A stretch of 24,019 nt of DNA from Elusimicrobiota bacterium (GTDB lineage: Bacteria; Elusimicrobiota; Elusimicrobia; UBA1565), in NCBI GenBank assembly GCA_043827405.1, contig JBDRPD010000056.1, forward strand, positions 1 through 24,019. The letters run 5' to 3'. The notes beneath the pieces were generated by a model, which saw only the letters and a list, made by a program, of their open reading frames with translations, was not told where the DNA came from and ran no database searches. Made by a program: the position numbers and the translations under genes. This document shows positions 1 to 7,381 of the stretch, one piece after another (the stretch's first letter is position 1; the number at the start of each line of letters is the position of its first letter).

Positions 1-1
1 G

Positions 2-103
2 GTGATCCTCATCGTCTCCATGTTTATGCAGCAGGGCGTCGGCGCGCTCACCAAGTCGCTGATCCCGCAGCCCAAACTGGGCGTGCTGCGGATGATGGAC
101 TAA
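2..103 (+). CDS. 3' end of a gene entering from the left (partial, ...VILIVSMFMQQGVGALTKSLIPQPKLGVLRMMD*), probably a membrane protein
   Basis: Open frame 2-103 with strongly G/C-ending codons, ending at TAA 101-103; hydrophobic first residues. Too short to assign a function. Confidence 0.65.
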   Translation: MILIVSMFMQQGVGALTKSLIPQPKLGVLRMMD

Positions 104-151
104 TGGCAAGCTTTAAAGCGAGAAAAGCCAGATAATTAAAGACGTTATTCT

Positions 152-167
152 TGGGCCAACAGACCCA
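152..167. promoter_or_regulatory. Palindromic candidate transcription-factor site TGGGCC-AACA-GACCCA
   Basis: Imperfect inverted repeat 57 nt upstream of ATG 225; a matching site at 14939-14954 has nearly the same spacing to its gene. Confidence 0.5.
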
Positions 168-212
168 GCCTCGCTCACCCCTTTGCCCCAGGCGGCGCCG
201 CACCGCCGCCGC

Positions 213-218
213 TAAACT
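213..218 (+). promoter_or_regulatory. -10 element TAAACT, leaderless configuration
   Basis: TAAACT-attcac-ATG(225); 6-nt spacer, no Shine-Dalgarno. Confidence 0.6.
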
Positions 219-224
219 ATTCAC

Positions 225-1604
225 ATGAGGAAAATGACGGCCGGCCTGCTGGCGGCGGCGCTGATTTTGCTGAGCCCCGGCACGGGCGTCTACCAGGCGT
301 TGGCCAACGGCTTCGCGGTCAACGCCGCGGCCAAGGCCGCGCCAGGTTCGGCCGGTGCCGCGGCTGGCGCGGTTGCCATCCCGGGCGCCGACATCGGCGG
401 CGCGGTCGAGCTTAATGCCCGCCTCATCCCGATTCAGAGCTCGGTGCTGCCCCAGATCGAGCAGCCGAACTTCGAGCTCGGCGGCCTGCAGGACGTCAAT
501 ATATCGCCGGAGCTGCTGCCGACCATCACGCCGAAGGATCTCGCCGCGGACTTCGCCAGCCAGAGCGCTTTCACGCTTGAGCAGTTCCGCAACAGCCAGC
601 ATAACAGCATGACGGAAGCGGCCCCGGCTTTCGCGCCGTCGGTCGAGGGCGTCCTGCGCACCGCCGCGCATTCGCTCAGGCAGGCCTCCGACGACGGCGT
701 CGCCGCGAGCTTCGCGGTCGGCCGGCGCATGTTCGACGCTTCCGTGATCGGGGAGGACTTCGGCGCATCCGCGGTCGAGGCTGATTTTGCCGGCCGGCGC
801 GAAAGCAGCGGACTGCGGCATACTCAAGCTGCGGCGGAAAAGAAGTCCCGCGCTATTCCCATTCCCAAGGCCGCGGCTTTCGCCGCCGCCTTGACGCCGA
901 CGGCCGCTTTCGCCGCAGCCGGGAGCGCCGCCGAAGCGGCGGCCGGCTGGACTCTGCAGTCGGTCATGGCATCCGCCGCGCACTTTGTTCCGATTCTGCC
1001 CGCGGCCTATGCCTATATGCAGTGGCGCCGCGCCGTTAAGGCGGAGAAGGCCGCCGGCATAGCGCCCGAGAAGGCTTCGCCCAGCACCCGCTTCTGGGAG
1101 ACCGCGGAAACCGGGATCACCTTGCTGGGGCCGGTCATCGGCTCGTTTGTCATCGCGGGAGTGGTCGCGCATTCGATCCTGATGCCGGCGGCGCTGGCCG
1201 CCATGTGGTTTTTCGGCACCCAGCTGGCCTTGCATCAGCTCGCCGATTTGCGCGCCCAGGTGGTCGGCGGTTGGCAAGCCTCGCATGATCAGAGATACCG
1301 TGTGGGCCGGGACGGGCAGCTGCACGACGTACGCGGCCGCAAGTACGGCGAGGACCGCTACGAGCAGTACGCGCCGGGCAAGGTCCGTTCCGGCGAGCGC
1401 TTCGCCATGCGGTTGGCCGCCTCCGCGCTGGGCCTATTGTGGCTGACGAGCACCGGTCTCATCGGCCTGCTCGCCTACAATGCCGCTTTGGCCGGTCTGT
1501 TCATGGTGGAGGACTACGTCATCAGCCGCCGCGGCCCGCCGCCGGCCAAACCCATCGACGCCGAATCCGCCGCGCATGCCTCCCGCTTCAGCCGCAGCCA
1601 ATAA
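225..1604 (+). CDS. Hypothetical exported/membrane protein (signal peptide, Ala-rich N-terminal region, C-terminal multi-TM domain), 459 aa
   Basis: N-terminus MRKMTAGLLAAALILLSPGTGVYQALA is signal-peptide-like; about 4-5 hydrophobic segments in the C-terminal half around a polar loop (GGWQASHDQRYR...KYGEDRYEQY); G/C-ending codon bias. Confidence 0.85.
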   Translation: MRKMTAGLLAAALILLSPGTGVYQALANGFAVNAAAKAAPGSAGAAAGAVAIPGADIGGAVELNARLIPIQSSVLPQIEQPNFELGGLQDVNISPELLPTITPKDLAADFASQSAFTLEQFRNSQHNSMTEAAPAFAPSVEGVLRTAAHSLRQASDDGVAASFAVGRRMFDASVIGEDFGASAVEADFAGRRESSGLRHTQAAAEKKSRAIPIPKAAAFAAALTPTAAFAAAGSAAEAAAGWTLQSVMASAAHFVPILPAAYAYMQWRRAVKAEKAAGIAPEKASPSTRFWETAETGITLLGPVIGSFVIAGVVAHSILMPAALAAMWFFGTQLALHQLADLRAQVVGGWQASHDQRYRVGRDGQLHDVRGRKYGEDRYEQYAPGKVRSGERFAMRLAASALGLLWLTSTGLIGLLAYNAALAGLFMVEDYVISRRGPPPAKPIDAESAAHASRFSRSQ

Positions 1605-1612
1605 AAAATAAG

Positions 1613-1621
1613 TGATATTCT
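1613..1621 (+). promoter_or_regulatory. Extended -10 element TGaTATTCT, leaderless configuration
   Basis: TG-a-TATTCT-agtccc-ATG(1628); 6-nt spacer, no SD. Confidence 0.65.
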
Positions 1622-1627
1622 AGTCCC

Positions 1628-2461
1628 ATGTGGCCGGTCATCCATTTAGGCGATACCGTCATCTCCACCTACGGCCTGCTCGTCACGCTCGGCTATACCA
1701 TCGGCATCTTCTGGTGCATGGCCAATGTCAAGCGCGCGGAAGCGTCGATGAACCAGTTCTGGGCTCTGGGCTTTACGCTCATCTTCGGCGCCCTCACCGG
1801 CGCGCGCCTCGGCTACTACGTCGTCGAATGGGACAGCTTAGCGGCCGGCGCGCTGTTCTCCAACTGGCGTTCCGGCTGGGTGTTCTGGACCGGATTTGTC
1901 GGCTCCATGGTCACCGGCAAGCTGTTTCAGATCGGCTACAACAGCTTCAATCGTCCGCGGCGCTATCTGCAGATCGCCGATTTCTTCGGCCCCGCCCTGG
2001 CCTTCGGCCATACTCTCGGCCGCATCGGCTGCTTCGCCGAGGGCTGCTGCTACGGGACGCCGACCTCCATGCCTTGGGGCGTCAAGTTCAGTCATGCCGC
2101 CTGCAGCGTCGACGGAACGCTTCTCGGCACGGCCCTGCATCCGGTGCAGCTTTACGAAGCATTCGGCAGCGCCTGCCTGTTCGCCTTCTTCGCCTTCTAT
2201 GTGCTCCCGCGCATCCACGCCAAGAAGCTCACCTACGGCACGTCTTTTCTGGGCTATATCTGCCTTTATGCCGTGATGCGCTTCTTCTTGGAGTTCCTGC
2301 GCGGCGACGACCGCGGGGTTTTTCTATGGGACGCGCTCTCGCCCTCGCAGTGGTTCTCGCTCGGCGCCCTGATCGTCGCGGGGGGGCGGCTGTACTACCA
2401 GGGAATCTTCGAGCGGCATCCGGATACGCGGACCGTGTATCTGGACAGCGAGCCTAGCTGA
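1628..2461 (+). CDS. lgt: Prolipoprotein diacylglyceryl transferase (Lgt) family protein
   Basis: Multi-TM protein with Lgt motifs TYG, GARLGY, GRIGCFAEGCCYG, PWG, HPVQLYE, RFFLEFLRGD and SQ. The usual HGG/YGG motif reads WTG. Confidence 0.9.
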   Translation: MWPVIHLGDTVISTYGLLVTLGYTIGIFWCMANVKRAEASMNQFWALGFTLIFGALTGARLGYYVVEWDSLAAGALFSNWRSGWVFWTGFVGSMVTGKLFQIGYNSFNRPRRYLQIADFFGPALAFGHTLGRIGCFAEGCCYGTPTSMPWGVKFSHAACSVDGTLLGTALHPVQLYEAFGSACLFAFFAFYVLPRIHAKKLTYGTSFLGYICLYAVMRFFLEFLRGDDRGVFLWDALSPSQWFSLGALIVAGGRLYYQGIFERHPDTRTVYLDSEPS

Positions 2462-3602
2462 TCCTCTTCTCCAGCAGCCCCTCATACAGCGCCTGGTGCT
2501 TTTTGCAGTTGGCGTCCCAGGTGTTGAAGCGGCAGGCGGCGTAGGCGGCCTTGGCGTGGCGCAGGCGCAGCGCCGGATCCTGGATGAGGCGCTCCATATT
2601 GCGGGCGAGCGCGCTTTCGTCGGGGCTCTTGGTGACCAGCCCCGTGGTGTCGCCTTCGAGCAGCTCCGCCGCGCCGGTGCGGCGGCTGGTCAGCACCGGC
2701 ACGCCGCAGGCCATGGCTTCCTGGACGCTTTGGCCGAACTCCTCGTAGAGGGCCGGATGCACTGAGATGTCGAGCGCATGGTAGTGCTTTACCAGATCGG
2801 GGACGGGGGGGAGGATGCGCACGCGCTCTCCCAGCCCGGTTTGCCGCGCCATCTCCTGGTAGGGCTTGAGCTTCGCTTCCTTGCCGATAATCACCGCGCG
2901 GACCTTCTTCTTGCTGCCCTCGCTCAGGCGCCGCAGGGCGCCCAGGAATATCCCGACGCCGCGCTTCTTGAAGTCGCCCGAGGTGAGCAGGCCGATCAGG
3001 ACTTCGTCTTTCTTAACGCCGAGCTCTTCGCGCACGGGAGCGCCCATAGGCCGGTCGTCGGGCCGAAAGCGCTTGGGGTCATAGCCGGGATGGATCACCG
3101 CGATCTTTCCCGCCGGGACGCCGAAGCGGTGCATGACCTCGTCCTTCATCAGCTTGGAGTTGGCCACCAGCAGTTTGAACTTCTGATCGTGCAGAATGCG
3201 CGAATGGATGCGTCCGACGCCGGCGCTGTTGGGCAGCGGCCGTCCGTTGACCGCCTCATAGGCCGCGTGCACGCAGTTATGCAGGCATAGAACATCCTGC
3301 TCCAGAGTGTCGCCGTGGCCGCGGATAATATCGAAGTTCCGGGCTTTGATGTCGCGGTCGAAGAACCAGGCGAAGAGGCGGCGCTTGACGTAGCTGCCGA
3401 TCGGCAGGCGCGGCAGGACATGCGCCGAGCCGCCCGCTTCCTCGATCTTCGCGGCGGCCAGTTTCTCGCCGAAGACATGGACGCCCCAGCCCGCGGCGCT
3501 CAGCCGCCGGGTATGCTCGAGTATGGTCGTCGTCGTTCCGGTATGGCCGGTGACGAGGCGCGCGACGATAGCGATGCTCTTCAGCTTCTTGTCTTTATCC
3601 AT
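2454..3602 (-). CDS. Glycosyltransferase family 4 (GT-B; WaaG/RfaG-like), 382 aa
   Basis: Motifs VANSKLMK, VIHPGYD, DFKKRG and the GT4 E-x7-E signature EEFGQSVQEAMACGVPV. Confidence 0.9.
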   Translation of the reverse strand: MDKDKKLKSIAIVARLVTGHTGTTTTILEHTRRLSAAGWGVHVFGEKLAAAKIEEAGGSAHVLPRLPIGSYVKRRLFAWFFDRDIKARNFDIIRGHGDTLEQDVLCLHNCVHAAYEAVNGRPLPNSAGVGRIHSRILHDQKFKLLVANSKLMKDEVMHRFGVPAGKIAVIHPGYDPKRFRPDDRPMGAPVREELGVKKDEVLIGLLTSGDFKKRGVGIFLGALRRLSEGSKKKVRAVIIGKEAKLKPYQEMARQTGLGERVRILPPVPDLVKHYHALDISVHPALYEEFGQSVQEAMACGVPVLTSRRTGAAELLEGDTTGLVTKSPDESALARNMERLIQDPALRLRHAKAAYAACRFNTWDANCKKHQALYEGLLEKRIS

Positions 3603-5512
3603 CGTTCATACCACCGGCACAGCGAGAATAGGGTCCAGGTGCGGGGCGCGTGGTCGAAGAGGCCGCTGCGGTGTTCGCGCAGCAGAGCGCGGGCGAAGTC
3701 GCCGTTGACCCAGCCGTCTTTAAACAGCGAGGCGTCTGCGAAGGTTTCCTCCACCAGCCCGCCCAGGTCGCCGCGCAGCCATTCCTTGAACGGGAAGGAG
3801 AATCCCATTTTTTTGCGGTCCACCACCGCGGCCGGCAGCCGTCGCCGGGCGAACTCCTTGAACAGGCCCTTGAGCCCGCCGCGGATCTTCAAACCGCCGT
3901 GCAGGGCGAAGGCGAGCTCGACCAGCTCGTGGTCGAGAAAAGGCGACCGGGCCTCGAGGGAGTGCAGCATCGATACCCGGTCGACGCGCTGCAGCAGAAC
4001 TTCCGTCATCTTGGTGAGAAATTCGATGTAGCAGATGCGGTTGACGGTGTCGAGGGGATCGTAGGACTGGGCGTTGTAGCTTTCGTGCAGGGCTTGGAGC
4101 GCGGCGCTGCCGGCGTCCGCCCGGCCTTCCTCGATGAGGCGCGCCCCGGCGACCTGGCGGCGCTGGGAGCGGCCGAAGCCGATCGAGCTTCCCATGTAGA
4201 TCGGCTCGCCGGCGGCCACCCGGCGCATGAGATCGTAGCGGCGGTGTCCCTTGCGGGTGCGGCGGTAGACCGGGCCCAGCGCCGCGGCGCCTACGGTCGC
4301 GGCCAGGCGCCAGATCGCGCTCTCGAAGCGGTGCACCTGCCGCATGCCCTTGAGCATCACGTCATAGCCGAAAAACAGCTCATCGGCGCCTTCGCCCAGC
4401 AGCACGACCTTGAAGCCGTCGGCATGCGCGCGCCGGCTGAGCTGATAGAGCGGCACCCAGACCCAGTCGGAGATCGGCTCGTCGAGAATCAGCGCGTCGT
4501 CGCGCAGCAGGTCCCGGGCCTCGCCGGACTCGAGGACGACCTCTTCATAGTCGATGGGATACTTCTTGGCGATCAGCCGCGAATACTCGAATTCATTGTA
4601 CGCGGGCAGATCGCCGTAGCCGATGGAGTAGGCTTTCATGCGCGGCGCATCGCAGCGCCCCAGGGCGTCGGCGATCAGGCTGGAGTCGATGCCGCCGCTG
4701 AGAAACAGGCAGACCGGGACGTCGCTGACCAGGCGCCGCTTGACCGAGGTCGTCAGCGCCGCCTCAATGCCGGCGAGCCAGCCTTCGGCGTCGGTGATGA
4801 TCTTGCCGCCTTTCTTAAAGGGGCTCCAGTAACGGCGTTCGCGCGGCGGCTTGCCGCTTTCCAGCTCGAGCAGATGCCCGGGGGGGAGCTTGCGCACGCC
4901 TTTGAACAGCGTCTGCGGCGAGGGAGTATATTTAACCTGCAGGTAGGCGTCGAGGCCCGCCGGGTCGAGCGCGCGCGCCTGCGGATAGAGCCGCAGCAAA
5001 GCGCGCATTTCCGAGGCGAAGACGAGTTCGCCGGCGGGCGTATGGGCATAGAATAGGGGCTTTTGCCCGGCCCGGTCGCGCGCCAGAAAGAGCGTCTTGC
5101 GCTGCGCGTCGTAGAGCGCGAAGGCGAACATGCCGACGGCGCGCTCCAGGAGCTTGTCCAGGCCCCAAAGGCGGTAGCCCGCGAGCAGGACTTCGGTGTC
5201 GCTCTCGGTGCGGAAGCCGGCGCCTTCCTGCGCCAGCTGCGTGCGGAGCTCGCGGAAATTATAGACCTCGCCGTTGTAGGTGATAATAATTCGCCCGTCC
5301 GCCGACGCCATGGGCTGGTTCGCGCGCGGATCCAGGTCCAGGATGGACAGGCGGCGGTGGCCGAAAGCCAGGCCGTCCTCGGGAAGCAGCTTGACGCCGG
5401 CGGCGTCCGGCCCGCGGTAGGCGATCGCCGCGGCCGCCTCGCGCACCGTGTTTTCGACGGCGGCCGGTTCGGAAAGGCCGCCGGGACGCAATAGTCCGAC
5501 GATCCCGCACAT
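3581..5512 (-). CDS. asnB: Asparagine synthase (glutamine-hydrolysing) family amidotransferase, likely glycan-modifying, 643 aa
   Basis: N-terminal nucleophile MCGIVG, RGPD, GHRRLSILDL, NQPM, YNGEVYN, LSGGIDSS, GEGADELFFGY, LEARSPFLD, KKMGF. Overlaps the GT4 start by 22 nt. Confidence 0.93.
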   Translation of the reverse strand: MCGIVGLLRPGGLSEPAAVENTVREAAAAIAYRGPDAAGVKLLPEDGLAFGHRRLSILDLDPRANQPMASADGRIIITYNGEVYNFRELRTQLAQEGAGFRTESDTEVLLAGYRLWGLDKLLERAVGMFAFALYDAQRKTLFLARDRAGQKPLFYAHTPAGELVFASEMRALLRLYPQARALDPAGLDAYLQVKYTPSPQTLFKGVRKLPPGHLLELESGKPPRERRYWSPFKKGGKIITDAEGWLAGIEAALTTSVKRRLVSDVPVCLFLSGGIDSSLIADALGRCDAPRMKAYSIGYGDLPAYNEFEYSRLIAKKYPIDYEEVVLESGEARDLLRDDALILDEPISDWVWVPLYQLSRRAHADGFKVVLLGEGADELFFGYDVMLKGMRQVHRFESAIWRLAATVGAAALGPVYRRTRKGHRRYDLMRRVAAGEPIYMGSSIGFGRSQRRQVAGARLIEEGRADAGSAALQALHESYNAQSYDPLDTVNRICYIEFLTKMTEVLLQRVDRVSMLHSLEARSPFLDHELVELAFALHGGLKIRGGLKGLFKEFARRRLPAAVVDRKKMGFSFPFKEWLRGDLGGLVEETFADASLFKDGWVNGDFARALLREHRSGLFDHAPRTWTLFSLCRWYERWIKTRS

Positions 5513-5518
5513 AAGCCT

Positions 5519-5527
5519 ATCGTAGCA
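5519..5527 (-). promoter_or_regulatory. Extended -10 element TGcTACGAT, leaderless configuration
   Basis: Minus strand reads TG-c-TACGAT-aggctt-ATG(5512); 6-nt spacer. Confidence 0.65.
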
Positions 5528-5535
5528 AAAGGTTC

Positions 5536-6225
5536 TTAGGCCCGGCGGCTTTCCAGGCGCTTGAGCAGGTCCGGAAGGGGGGTGAGGTCGGTGAAGGTAT
5601 GGTCGGGGAGTATGGCGGCGCGGCGCGATTTGCTGCGGTTGATCCAGATGCAGCGCAGGCCGAGCGCCTTGGCCGGGATCATGTCGTGGATCTGGCTGGC
5701 GGCGACATGCAGCACCCGCGCCTTGGGCACCCCGGCCAGCTCGAGAGCCCGCTCCCAGTGACGCATGCGCGGCTTGTAGGAGCGCACCTGCTGGGAAGTG
5801 ACGCGGATGTCGAAAGGCACGCCGATGCGCGCCAGGGATTTTGCCAGCAGGGCGTCATCGGTGTTGGAGAGCACACCCAGGCGGCAGCCGGCGCGCTTGA
5901 GCGCCAACAGGACTTTTTTGGTTTCGGGGAAAGGCTTCCACCGCGGGAGGGAGGCCGCCAGTTTCAGGCAGCGGCGCTTGTCCAGGGCGGCGCCGCGCTC
6001 GGCGAAGAGCAGGCGCAGCCCCATGGCGAGAATTTCCCGGTAGGACTTGAAGTCGCCCGACTGCTGCAAAGCGAACTCGATCTCGACATAACGGGAGGCC
6101 AGCTTGCGCGCCGGGACGCGCATCCCGATCTCGCCTGCGACCTGGTCGATCACCGACGATATGCCGTCCTCCCAGTCGATGAGGGTTCCATAGCAGTCGA
6201 AGGTGATCAGGTCGATTTTTTGCAT
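5536..6225 (-). CDS. HAD-superfamily hydrolase, haloacid dehalogenase type II-like, 229 aa
   Basis: Motif I ITFDCYGTLIDW, motif II LSN, motif III YKP, motif IV HVAASQIHD. Start moved to ATG 6225 (MQKIDLITFD) because motif I normally lies at the extreme N-terminus. Confidence 0.9.
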   Translation of the reverse strand: MQKIDLITFDCYGTLIDWEDGISSVIDQVAGEIGMRVPARKLASRYVEIEFALQQSGDFKSYREILAMGLRLLFAERGAALDKRRCLKLAASLPRWKPFPETKKVLLALKRAGCRLGVLSNTDDALLAKSLARIGVPFDIRVTSQQVRSYKPRMRHWERALELAGVPKARVLHVAASQIHDMIPAKALGLRCIWINRSKSRRAAILPDHTFTDLTPLPDLLKRLESRRA

Positions 6226-6226
6226 G

Positions 6227-6282
6227 AAAAAAAGAAAGTCACCTGCATGATGAAAATCGTGATGGGGGGGCGGTGACTTCCT
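6227..6282 (-). terminator. Intrinsic terminator-like stem plus U-tract immediately before the HAD start
   Basis: Minus-strand AGGAAGUCACC (6282-6272) pairs with GGUGACUUUCU (6243-6233): 11 bp including one G-U, with a 28-nt internal region, followed by a U run and then C-AUG. Confidence 0.55.
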
Positions 6283-6304
6283 AAATCCGTTTCGGCGGCA
6301 AGCC

Positions 6305-6310
6305 ACTATA
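6305..6310 (-). promoter_or_regulatory. -10 element TATAGT upstream of the HAD leader
   Basis: Near-consensus hexamer in an AT-rich patch about 80 nt upstream of ATG 6225; no convincing -35. Confidence 0.45.
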
Positions 6311-6344
6311 CAAATAATGACGCGCGGCTGCTAGAAACCGGTTT

Positions 6345-7361
6345 TTAGTGCGCGGGCGGCGGCGGCTCGATGTCGAGGTTCGGCGGCGGCGGTTCGGTAT
6401 CGATATCCTGGGGGGGCGGAGACTGCGGCTTGGGCGGCGGCGTTCGCAGAGGATCGCGGCGTTCGCTCGCGGGCTTCGCGGCGGGCTCGGCGCCTCCTCG
6501 TCCCCATGAGGCCCGCGGCTTCGCACGGAGCCCCGGGGCGGTGTCCAATGCCTGTGCGCCGCTGTCCTGCTGCTTGCGGCTGCGGCGCAGCAGCAGCCGT
6601 CCGCTTTGCGCGTCCAGGAATATGCTCTCCGTCGCGTTGGTAATGACCCATAGCGCTTTGCCGCGCAGATTCCTGGGGATGGGTTTTTCCGTCAGGAACT
6701 GGGCTTGGATGCCCAATCCGTCGCAGTGATCATTGAGCGGCCGGAGCAAGGTCATCCGGTACTGATTATACTGGCCGGAGGGGAACTTCTGTTCCTGGAT
6801 GAGCTTTTCGATCTCCAGCGAGTCGGTGAAGCGATCCCCGACGGCGCGGCAGTTCTTGTAATCGTTGGACTGCCATTTCGTGCGTTGGGATTTGCGTGAC
6901 GAGAACGCATTCATCGCGAAGAACTCCTCCATCTGCACGCCCTTGCTTATGCCTTCGCGGTACTCGATCGCCTGATCGGCGAAGCGCACCCGGAAGCGGC
7001 CGCTGCGCGCGCCGGGATTACCGAAGATGAAAGTCCACTTCTCCGGCTCGAGCATCCTTTCGTTGCGCGGCGCGCCGCCGAGCAGGGAGTATAGAGCGGC
7101 GCCGGGCGACCATTGGCGCGCCATCTTGTAGGCGCGCGGCAGGAGCGCGTGGACGCTGCCGAAGCCGGCCGCCTTTTCCAGGGCTTCCTTGGCGGGCGGC
7201 GTGGGTGCGGCCGGCGGGGGCGCGGCCGGCGCGGGCTCCTGCGGCACGGCCTTTTCCCGCACGAAGCCTTTGAGCGGTGCTCCGCCGTCGCCGCGGGCTT
7301 GGGCGCGGACCGCCGGGGCGGCGGCGCATAGAAAAAGGATTGCGGCGAAATACAGGCGCAT
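6345..7361 (-). CDS. Hypothetical secreted protein with Pro-rich ends, 338 aa
   Basis: Signal peptide MRLYFAAILFLCAAAPAVRA; core ends in WVI...IFLDAQSGRLL (reminiscent of PepSY-like folds, unverified); Pro-rich tail PPPQDIDTEPPPPNLDIEPPPP. Confidence 0.8.
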   Translation of the reverse strand: MRLYFAAILFLCAAAPAVRAQARGDGGAPLKGFVREKAVPQEPAPAAPPPAAPTPPAKEALEKAAGFGSVHALLPRAYKMARQWSPGAALYSLLGGAPRNERMLEPEKWTFIFGNPGARSGRFRVRFADQAIEYREGISKGVQMEEFFAMNAFSSRKSQRTKWQSNDYKNCRAVGDRFTDSLEIEKLIQEQKFPSGQYNQYRMTLLRPLNDHCDGLGIQAQFLTEKPIPRNLRGKALWVITNATESIFLDAQSGRLLLRRSRKQQDSGAQALDTAPGLRAKPRASWGRGGAEPAAKPASERRDPLRTPPPKPQSPPPQDIDTEPPPPNLDIEPPPPAH

Positions 7362-7381
7362 TCTTAGTATATAATAACATC
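7362..7381. promoter_or_regulatory. 20-bp bidirectional promoter with overlapping -10 elements
   Basis: Plus strand: TATAAT (7370-7375)-aacatc-GTG(7382). Minus strand: TGtTATTAT (7379-7371) or TATACT (7371-7366) before ATG(7361). Confidence 0.7.

Noticed and set aside
48..1325. 425-aa minus-strand ORF (and similar antisense ORFs at 3650-5056, 7364-8338, 15192-16364, 17212-18255)
   Set aside because: Each is antisense to a gene with clear motifs or a signal peptide and has no independent support.
6226..6306. His-rich in-frame extension (PPPHHDFHH) as a his-type attenuator peptide
   Set aside because: The only in-frame start (GTG 6306) lies within the -10 box, there is no separate stop, and the downstream gene is not recognisably a His biosynthesis gene.
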